In this document: positions 36,934-44,170 of the stretch, in pieces
Layout of the letters: each line of letters starts with the position of its first letter
Numbering within the stretch: position 1 is the first letter of the stretch
DNA from: an uncultured Salinisphaerales bacterium
GTDB taxonomy: Bacteria; Pseudomonadota; Gammaproteobacteria; Nevskiales; Nevskiaceae
Direction of reading: 5' to 3'
DNA: 64,000 nucleotides
Assembly (NCBI GenBank): GCA_964535755.1
Contig: CAZHTI010000001.1
Span: forward strand, 20,720 to 84,719
The notes under the pieces: model-generated
The model's input: the letters and a program-made list of their open reading frames with translations, nothing else
Told to the model about the DNA's origin: nothing
The model's database searches: none
Made by a program: the position numbers and the translations under genes

Positions 36934-39333
36934 ATGGGCACATCTGCAAAAGTTGCCGTCGTAGGTTCAGGGCCAGCCGGCTTGGCTGCCGCAGCGCGGT
37001 GCGCGGAGCTAAAAATCCCGCATATTTTGTTTGAGGCGGAAGGCCACCTCTCCAACACGATCTATCGGTATCAAAAGGGCAAGCACGTGATGGCGGAGCC
37101 TGTGGTGCTGCCGCTGCGGGCATCGCTGGGCTTCGAGGCCGGCAAGCGCGAGGCGATTCTCAGCACATGGGATGCGGGCGCAAAAAAGCTCGGTATCAAT
37201 GTGCTCCACCGCACGGAAGTGACCGAGATCTCCGGCAGCGATGGTCACTTCACGCTCACCACGGCGCTTGGTGAGATTTACACCGCTGAGAAGGTGGTGC
37301 TCGCCATCGGCTTGCAGGGCAACATCCGCAAGCTCGGCTGTGAGGGCGAAGATTTAGAGGCAGTCCAGTACACCCTGGATGACCCCGACGAATTTACGAA
37401 TGAAGCGATCGTCGTTATCGGCGCAGGCGATGCCGCGATCGAAAATGCCGTGGCGCTGTCCGGCCGCAATCGGGTCACCATCGTCAATCGTCGGGATGAA
37501 TTCGACCGCGCCAAGGAAGGCAATAACAGCCTGATTCTCAAGGCGATTGACGATGGCCGCGTGGCGGTAGTGCGCAATGCCGGGGTAGGCAAAGTAGCGA
37601 TGCGCGACGCCCGCAGCGCGGTGATCACGTTGACCACGCCCAACGGTGATTTGGACCTCGACTGCAATCGCGTAATCGCCCGCCTCGGTGCTACGCCGCC
37701 GCGCAAGTTTGTAGAGGCGATGGGCGTGCAGTTCCCCAGCAAAGACCCAAGCTCGGTGCCGGCGGTATCTGCCACGTACGAGAGCAACGTCAAAGGCCTC
37801 TACATCATCGGCGCGCTGGCGGGTTTCCCGCTGATTAAGCAGGCGATGAACCAAGGGTATGAAGTCGTTGAGTTCATCGAAGGCCGCAACCCCGAGCCCG
37901 CGGACACCCCATTGCTGCGCAAGAAGTTTGAGTCCATGCCCGGCTTTCGCTCGGTCGATGCGACCATCGATCGCATCAAGCAGGGCATCCCAGTGTTGAG
38001 CCCGCTCACGCCCCTACAGTTGCGGGAGTTTTTGCTCGACTCCGACATTCGCACGCCCAAGGCCGGCGCGGTGATCTTCAGCCGCAACGACTACTCCGAC
38101 ACCTTCTTTTCGGTGCTGGAGGGTAGCGTCAGCATCGCCATTGACCCCAACGATGACAGCAAGCGCATCAGCCTAGGCGCGGGGCAGTTCTTCGGGGAGA
38201 TGAGCCTGATCTCTGGCCGCAGGCGCTCGGCGACGGTCTATGCCGGTGAACGCGCTGTGCTGGTAGAGACTCCCCGCCGTTCGATGAACAAGTTGATCGC
38301 GAGTGTGGCTGCGGTGAAGCGCGTGTTGGACGAGACCTACCTGTCTCGGGCGATCCAGTCACAGATTGCACCGAATCTGTCCGGCGATTTGCTGAAGGAG
38401 GTCGTGACCTCTGCGACCATCCAAAAATACAAAGCGGGCGAGGTCTTGTTCCGCGAGGGCGAAGCTGCCGACGGCCTGCATATGATCCGCAAGGGCTCGG
38501 TCACCGTGGCGCGCAACATCGGTGGCCGCGAGGCCATCCTCGCTTATGTGCCGGCCGGGCAGTACGTCGGTGAGATGGCCTTGATGACCGAGCAGCCGCG
38601 CAGTGCGACGGTTAAAGCGGCCATCGCCACCGAGACCATTCGCCTCGACGGTGCGGTGTTCAAATCGGTGCTGGCGCGCGACGAAACCCTGCGTGGTCAC
38701 CTCACTGCACTTGCTAAACAGCGGATTGCCGCCAATGCCCGGGTGCGTAGCGACGAAACCGCCAACGGCAATCTGGTGTCGTTTTTGATGAATCAAGGCT
38801 TGGGCGAGGCGACCGACGTCCTGCTCATCGACGAGAGCCTCTGCGTGCGCTGCGACCACTGCGAAAAAGCCTGCGCAGACACCCACGGCGGCCTCTCGCG
38901 GCTAGACCGCGAAGCAGGCCCCAGCTTTGGCTCGCTGCACATCCCCACCAGTTGCCGCCACTGCGAGCATCCGCACTGCATGAAGGACTGTCCGCCGGAT
39001 GCCATCCACCGCTCACCCGGCGGTGAGGTCTTCATTAGTGACGCCTGCATCGGCTGCGGCAACTGCGAGCGCAACTGCCCTTACGGCGTCATCCACATGG
39101 GGGTGACGAGCAAGAAGCAACCCAGCCTCTGGCAATGGCTGATGTTCGGCGGCAAGGAGCCCGGCAATTACGAGGTGCAGTACGACAAAAAGACGGCGGC
39201 GAAAAAAGCCACCAAGTGCGATATGTGCAGGGACCTCCCACAAGGGCCAGCCTGTGTACGCGCCTGCCCAACCGGTGCGGCGATTCGTGTTAGCCCTGAG
39301 AAGTTCATGCGCATCTCCCAGGGTGCTGCCTAA
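36934..39333 (+). CDS. FAD/NAD(P)H pyridine-nucleotide-disulfide-type oxidoreductase fused to two cNMP-binding domains and a four-cluster [4Fe-4S] ferredoxin module
   Basis: 799 aa, AGGGAG upstream of the ATG. GxGxxG motifs VAVVGSGPAGLAAA and VVIGAGDAAIENA. cNMP motifs FFGEMSLISGRRRSATVYA (aa ~355-465) and YVGEMALMTEQPRSATVKA (aa ~475-600). Cys motifs CVRCDHCEKAC, CRHCEHPHCMKDCP, CIGCGNCERNCP, CDMCx8CVRACP (aa 637-778). Confidence 0.85.
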   Translation: MGTSAKVAVVGSGPAGLAAAARCAELKIPHILFEAEGHLSNTIYRYQKGKHVMAEPVVLPLRASLGFEAGKREAILSTWDAGAKKLGINVLHRTEVTEISGSDGHFTLTTALGEIYTAEKVVLAIGLQGNIRKLGCEGEDLEAVQYTLDDPDEFTNEAIVVIGAGDAAIENAVALSGRNRVTIVNRRDEFDRAKEGNNSLILKAIDDGRVAVVRNAGVGKVAMRDARSAVITLTTPNGDLDLDCNRVIARLGATPPRKFVEAMGVQFPSKDPSSVPAVSATYESNVKGLYIIGALAGFPLIKQAMNQGYEVVEFIEGRNPEPADTPLLRKKFESMPGFRSVDATIDRIKQGIPVLSPLTPLQLREFLLDSDIRTPKAGAVIFSRNDYSDTFFSVLEGSVSIAIDPNDDSKRISLGAGQFFGEMSLISGRRRSATVYAGERAVLVETPRRSMNKLIASVAAVKRVLDETYLSRAIQSQIAPNLSGDLLKEVVTSATIQKYKAGEVLFREGEAADGLHMIRKGSVTVARNIGGREAILAYVPAGQYVGEMALMTEQPRSATVKAAIATETIRLDGAVFKSVLARDETLRGHLTALAKQRIAANARVRSDETANGNLVSFLMNQGLGEATDVLLIDESLCVRCDHCEKACADTHGGLSRLDREAGPSFGSLHIPTSCRHCEHPHCMKDCPPDAIHRSPGGEVFISDACIGCGNCERNCPYGVIHMGVTSKKQPSLWQWLMFGGKEPGNYEVQYDKKTAAKKATKCDMCRDLPQGPACVRACPTGAAIRVSPEKFMRISQGAA

Positions 39334-39356
39334 GACACGAGCACGGAGCCGCAGAT

Positions 39357-40319
39357 ATGTCATCCACCACCGCCTCCAAGTCACCTAAACGCGAGCAATC
39401 GCACAGTGGGTTTTTGCTACATGCCGGACTGCGCTGGGCCAAAGTCGCCGTGTTGCTCTGCATCGCAAGCCTCATCGCCTACATCTGGCACGAGCCAGCT
39501 GATGGCCCCAATGGCGGCACTTGGCTCGGCTACACCTTGGGCGGCTTGGGTGCCTTCCTCATTCTCTGGCTGACCTGGCTGGGCGTGCGCAAGCGCAAAT
39601 ATTCTGGCGGCACTGCGACGGTGAAGGCTTGGACCAGCGCCCACGTTTACTTAGGCCTCTCGCTCATCGTCATTGCCACGTTGCATTGCGGATTCCAGTA
39701 CGGCTGGAATATCCACACGCTCGCCTATGTATTGATGATGTTAGTGATTGCCTCTGGCATTTACGGCATCGTCGTCTATACCCGCCTGCCAGACGCCGTG
39801 ACGCGCCTGCGCGATGGCAACACCCGCGAGGCTTGGATCGATGAGGTGTTTGAGCTCAACCTGCAAAGCGTCAAACTCGCCGACAAAATCGGCCCAGAAG
39901 TGCACCGCAGAATTGTCAGCTCGGTCGAGAAGGTCAGGATCGGCGGCGGTTTGCTGGCGCAGCTCTATGGCAAACCACAATCGGGTGGCGTGCTTGAGGA
40001 CCTCAATCAAGCACTGAAGGATCGGGTGCGTGAGATCAAAGCGCAGACGCCCAGCTTCAACCCGAGTTCTACCGCACAAAGCACCGTGGTGTTTATGGCG
40101 GGGCAAATGACCGCGCTGGATAAATCCGAGGCCGAGGCTGCCCGTCTTCAACAGTTGCTAGATATGGTCGCGCGGCGCAACAGCCTGGTCGCTCGGATCA
40201 ATAAGGACATTGCCCTGCACGCACGCTTGCAGGTGTGGCTGCTCGTGCACGTCCCCCTTACGTTCGCGCTGTTGGCGGCGCTGATCGCGCATGTGTTTAG
40301 CGTCTTCTTCTACTGGTGA
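39357..40319 (+). CDS. 5-TM membrane protein with two His pairs spaced 14 residues (candidate di-haem b electron carrier)
   Basis: 320 aa, five hydrophobic helices. H96/H110 lie in one helix (AHVYLGLSLIVIATLH) and H298/H312 in the last (HVPLTFALLAALIAH). A ~140-aa soluble helical insert precedes the last TM. No family recognised by eye. Confidence 0.65.
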   Translation: MSSTTASKSPKREQSHSGFLLHAGLRWAKVAVLLCIASLIAYIWHEPADGPNGGTWLGYTLGGLGAFLILWLTWLGVRKRKYSGGTATVKAWTSAHVYLGLSLIVIATLHCGFQYGWNIHTLAYVLMMLVIASGIYGIVVYTRLPDAVTRLRDGNTREAWIDEVFELNLQSVKLADKIGPEVHRRIVSSVEKVRIGGGLLAQLYGKPQSGGVLEDLNQALKDRVREIKAQTPSFNPSSTAQSTVVFMAGQMTALDKSEAEAARLQQLLDMVARRNSLVARINKDIALHARLQVWLLVHVPLTFALLAALIAHVFSVFFYW

Positions 40320-40376
40320 GGGCAGCCGCGCTATGACCCGCACCGCTCACGTCTCGCCGCCCAGCAAGGCCACGCC

Positions 40377-42230
40377 ATGAAGATTCTCCTCCGCTCGCAG
40401 ACGGCTGATGGCGCGTTACAGGGCGATCAATGGCTGAATGTCCCCACCTTGCGCATCGGCCGCGACGCCGCCCAAGACATCGTGTTGGCCGATTTCCACG
40501 TCGCCCTAAAGCATGCGGAGATCAACCTCAAGCCTGCATTCTTAGGCTTGGGCAGCACCTTGCGCATCGAGAGCCGTTCCAAGTTGCCGGTGTACGTCAA
40601 TGGCGTGCCGGTACATGGTGCGGATTTGTCACTGGGCGATGAAATCCGCTTGGGCAGGTTTAGCTTGCAGGTTGCCAAGCCACAGGCATCCGCCGACGGC
40701 ACTCTGGTGCTCAAGGAAAGCTACGAGGCGCACGACGAGCGCGATGCACAGAAAGCAGGATTAAAGACCACCCTAAGGGCCGCCGGTTGGTCACGTCGGT
40801 CTATGGCATGGCTGCTGTTCATCGTGGTGTTGATCCCAGCGCTGTTGATTCCGGTTTTTTTGCACCTACAGACGCTCGAAGCAGCGCCCCCTGAAGCCCA
40901 GAAGGTCGACCGTGAATACCGTGCGCAAAAGGTGATGGGTTGGGATATCGCTTGGAATTCTGGGCCTATGTCCTCGGCGCACAAGCAGTTAGCCAACGAC
41001 TGTACGGTTTGCCATCAACAACCGTTCCAACAAGTGACGGATGCCAGCTGCAAGGGCTGCCATGCTGAAGTTGGGGAGCACGCAGCCACGGTGGTCACCC
41101 TGCAACACAGCAGCTTTGCCGATCTCAACTGCACCGACTGCCACCGCGAGCACAACGGCGGTGGCGGTGCGGCTGGCGCATCCTCAGGGCACGGCATCAT
41201 TCCGCTGCAAAATCAGTCCTGTACGGATTGCCACGCAGCGCCTGAAGGCCTGCCGGGCAAACAAGTTTTGGCGGTGAGCACTTGGAGCAAAGACCACCCG
41301 CAGTTTTCTATCCAGTTAGCCCGATACGACGCCAACAAAAGCGCATTCGTCTGGAAGGAGTTCCGCCAAGGCACCGCAGACGCGCTGCGGCAGGACACCG
41401 GCATCAAGTACCCGCACGATATCCACCTCGACCCCAAGGGTATTGATGCACCCGGTGGGCGTAAGGTGCTGGAGTGCGTGGACTGCCACCAACTGGCCGA
41501 TGACGGCGTGCAGTTCAAGCCAATTGCCATGGAACCCCATTGCGGCGAATGTCATCGCTTGGACTTTGACCCCGCCGCAAAAGCCCGTGAGCTGCCGCAT
41601 GGCAAGCCTGCGGAGGTGGTGCAAGTCGTCCGTGACCACTATGCCCGCGTCGCACTCGCGGGTGGCGTTACTGAAAAGGGCGCTCCGGCGATCGTGACTA
41701 GCCGCCGCGCACCCGGGCAATCCTTAAGCCCTGCACTCGCCAAGGCCGCACTGCAATGGGCGGATGCACGCGCAGACGTCGCCCTGCGCGATGTCTTTGA
41801 GCGCCGTACCTGCAACTACTGCCACGAGGTGACGAAGCAAAGCGGCGACGCCACAGCACCTTGGCAGATCGCTCCGGTTGCACCGGTGCAGCGGACGATG
41901 AACAGCAGCGTCTTCCCCCACCAAGCGCATGCGACGGAAACCTGCGAAAGCTGCCACGACGTCAGCAAGTCCAAGAAATCTGAAGACGTGCACCTGCCCA
42001 AGATCGAACAATGCCGCGACTGCCACGGCGATACCGGCGCGATGACTGAAGTCGAAGCGGCCTGCCAGACCTGCCACGTGTACCACCTCAATGACTTGAC
42101 TCCCGCCGGGTCTAGCAGCAATTCGGCCAAACCCACTTTGCCCGCGGCGCACCCGGCGATACCCGCTGCCAAGCCCTCTAGCGAGCTCAATACCGTCAAG
42201 CCATCGGCACTACCGGAGCAGAAGTCATGA
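40377..42230 (+). CDS. FHA domain - single TM - decahaem c-type cytochrome
   Basis: 617 aa. The N-terminal ~100 aa are FHA-like (LRIGRDAAQDIVLADFHVALKHAEI...VYVNGVPV...GDEIRLGRFSL). TM helix MAWLLFIVVLIPALLIPVFL. Ten CXXCH motifs follow (CTVCH, CKGCH, CTDCH, CTDCH, CVDCH, CGECH, CNYCH, CESCH, CRDCH, CQTCH). Confidence 0.85.
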   Translation: MKILLRSQTADGALQGDQWLNVPTLRIGRDAAQDIVLADFHVALKHAEINLKPAFLGLGSTLRIESRSKLPVYVNGVPVHGADLSLGDEIRLGRFSLQVAKPQASADGTLVLKESYEAHDERDAQKAGLKTTLRAAGWSRRSMAWLLFIVVLIPALLIPVFLHLQTLEAAPPEAQKVDREYRAQKVMGWDIAWNSGPMSSAHKQLANDCTVCHQQPFQQVTDASCKGCHAEVGEHAATVVTLQHSSFADLNCTDCHREHNGGGGAAGASSGHGIIPLQNQSCTDCHAAPEGLPGKQVLAVSTWSKDHPQFSIQLARYDANKSAFVWKEFRQGTADALRQDTGIKYPHDIHLDPKGIDAPGGRKVLECVDCHQLADDGVQFKPIAMEPHCGECHRLDFDPAAKARELPHGKPAEVVQVVRDHYARVALAGGVTEKGAPAIVTSRRAPGQSLSPALAKAALQWADARADVALRDVFERRTCNYCHEVTKQSGDATAPWQIAPVAPVQRTMNSSVFPHQAHATETCESCHDVSKSKKSEDVHLPKIEQCRDCHGDTGAMTEVEAACQTCHVYHLNDLTPAGSSSNSAKPTLPAAHPAIPAAKPSSELNTVKPSALPEQKS

Positions 42231-44170
42231 GCTTGCGCGCACGCTTTTTCGCGCTGATGACCGCCGCCGTGCTCAGTGCCTGTGGCGGTGGTGGCGGCAC
42301 GAGCCCATGCGATGGCTCTTGCGGCGAGGCCACACCGGTGCGCTTGGAGATCAGCGAGGTTGAGCGGGTGCTCAGCTCGGCGATTGCGGAAGCGCAGGCC
42401 CGTAACGCCGCAGCGACCATCGCGGTAGTGGATCGCGTCGGCAATGTGCTCGCGGTGTACCGCATGCAGGGGGCGGACATCAGCATCGAAGCGCGCACTG
42501 GGTTACCGGTTGAGGGCGGGCTGGAGGGCGTCAACGTCATCCCCGATGGCTTGGTTGCCATCGCCAAGGCGGTGACCGGCGCATTTTTATCGACCGAGGG
42601 CAATGCCTTTACCACCCGAACGGCCAACCAAATCGTGCAAGACCACTTCAATGTCGGCGAGCGCGACCAACCCTCCGGGCCCTTGTTCGGCGTGCAGTTT
42701 TCCTCGCTGGCCTGCTCTGATCTCAACCTACCGTTTGCCGGTAGTCGGCCAACCGTCGGTCCGCAGCGCAGCCCCTTGGGGCTTGGGGCCGACCCCGGGG
42801 GCTTCCCGCTCTACAAGGGCGGCGTGTTGGTCGGTGGCATCGGTGCCGTTGCCGATGGCACCTACGGTGCCGACCTCAACATTAGCGACACCGACCAAGA
42901 CTTGGACGAGTTGATCGCACTGGCCGCCACACGCGGCTTTGAGCCACCTGAGGATCGTCGCGCCGACCGCATCACGGTCGATGCCAAAACCCTGCGCTAC
43001 AGCGACGCCAAACCCTCCGACCTGCGCAGCACCACGGTGCCCGTCTTTAACGCGCTGCCGGCAAATACCGGCGCGCTCATCAGCGTGCGCGGGTATATGG
43101 CGTCAGGCGACACCGCAATCCGCCGTGGCACCAGCTTTGGCCGCCCAGAATCTGGGATTCGTCCGGCCGGCCTCGCAGCTTTTGCGCAACATGATGGCTT
43201 TGTGTTGGTGGATGCCGCCAACCTAGAGCGCTTCCCTCCCCGTGCTGGAGCGGATGCCGCAACGATCGGCGCGAGCAACATACTCAATGCCTCTGAGGTC
43301 ACCACGATCTTGGAAGAAGCACTCAAGCTCGCCAACCGCGAGCGCGCGCAAATCCGCCGCCCCTTGGGTAGCCAGAGCCGCGTCACGATTTCCGTGGTCG
43401 ACACCTTCGGCAGCGTGCTCGGTATTGTTCGCACCCGCGATGCGCCGGTATTCGGCACCGATGTGTCCTTACAAAAGGCGCGCAGCGTGGCGTTTTTCAG
43501 CAATCGAGAAGCCGCCTCAGATTTGGCCTCTACCCCCAACACCACCTACCTAGGCAACAACCAAACCGTCAGCATTGCCGCCTATGTGCCTGCACTGAGG
43601 GATTTCTTAGGCCAGCCCAGCGCGCTGGCAGACGGGGCCTTTGCCTATGGCAACCGCAGCATCGGCAACGTCGCACGGCCATTTTTCCCGGATGGCATCG
43701 ACAACGCCCCGCACGGCCCCTTGTCCAAGCCGCGCGGCGAGTGGAGCCCGTTCTCAACCGGCCTACAGCTCGACCTCGTCAACAGCGCGATCTTGCAGCA
43801 TGTGGTGTTTGTCCTCGGCGGCGGCAACGATGTGGAACCGGGCACATGCACACAAATGCCCGCGACATCCACCGGGCGCAATCGGCTCGCCAATGGTTTG
43901 CAAATTTTTGCCGGCGGCGTTCCCATCTACCGGGGCACCCAGCTTGTCGGTGCCATTGGGATTTCCGGCGACGGTATCGACCAAGACGATTTGGTCGCCT
44001 TCTTGGGTGTTCATAACGCTGGGCAACGGTTGGGCGGCGCGTTGGGCAATGCGCCCAAAGAAATGCGCGCGGACACCATCAACAAAGATGGCAACTTCCT
44101 GCGCTATGTGCAGTGCCCGCAAGCGCCGTTTTTGGACACGGACGAACAAAATGTCTGCGCCGGAAAATAA
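42227..44170 (+). CDS. Lipoprotein with two GlcG/HbpS-like (PF03928-type, haem-binding/DUF336) domains carrying long insertions
   Basis: ATGA overlap with the upstream gene. Lipobox LSAC followed by a Gly-run. Domain 1: IAVVDRVGNVLAVYRM ... GGFPLYKGGVLVGGIG. Domain 2: ISVVDTFGSVLGIVRTRDA...SLQKARSVAFFS ... FAGGVPIYRGTQLVGAIGISGDGIDQDD. Confidence 0.7.
   Translation: MSLRARFFALMTAAVLSACGGGGGTSPCDGSCGEATPVRLEISEVERVLSSAIAEAQARNAAATIAVVDRVGNVLAVYRMQGADISIEARTGLPVEGGLEGVNVIPDGLVAIAKAVTGAFLSTEGNAFTTRTANQIVQDHFNVGERDQPSGPLFGVQFSSLACSDLNLPFAGSRPTVGPQRSPLGLGADPGGFPLYKGGVLVGGIGAVADGTYGADLNISDTDQDLDELIALAATRGFEPPEDRRADRITVDAKTLRYSDAKPSDLRSTTVPVFNALPANTGALISVRGYMASGDTAIRRGTSFGRPESGIRPAGLAAFAQHDGFVLVDAANLERFPPRAGADAATIGASNILNASEVTTILEEALKLANRERAQIRRPLGSQSRVTISVVDTFGSVLGIVRTRDAPVFGTDVSLQKARSVAFFSNREAASDLASTPNTTYLGNNQTVSIAAYVPALRDFLGQPSALADGAFAYGNRSIGNVARPFFPDGIDNAPHGPLSKPRGEWSPFSTGLQLDLVNSAILQHVVFVLGGGNDVEPGTCTQMPATSTGRNRLANGLQIFAGGVPIYRGTQLVGAIGISGDGIDQDDLVAFLGVHNAGQRLGGALGNAPKEMRADTINKDGNFLRYVQCPQAPFLDTDEQNVCAGK

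Noticed and set aside
42196-42726. 176-aa minus-strand ORF across the 40377/42227 gene junction
   Set aside because: Antisense to two genes with clear domain content.
43641-44150. 510-nt upstream extension of the OM-barrel ORF (the track gives 886 aa)
   Set aside because: The extension lies entirely inside the upstream lipoprotein gene in another frame and translates to Ser/Ala/Pro/Arg-rich text. The internal ATG at 44151 yields a proper signal peptide.
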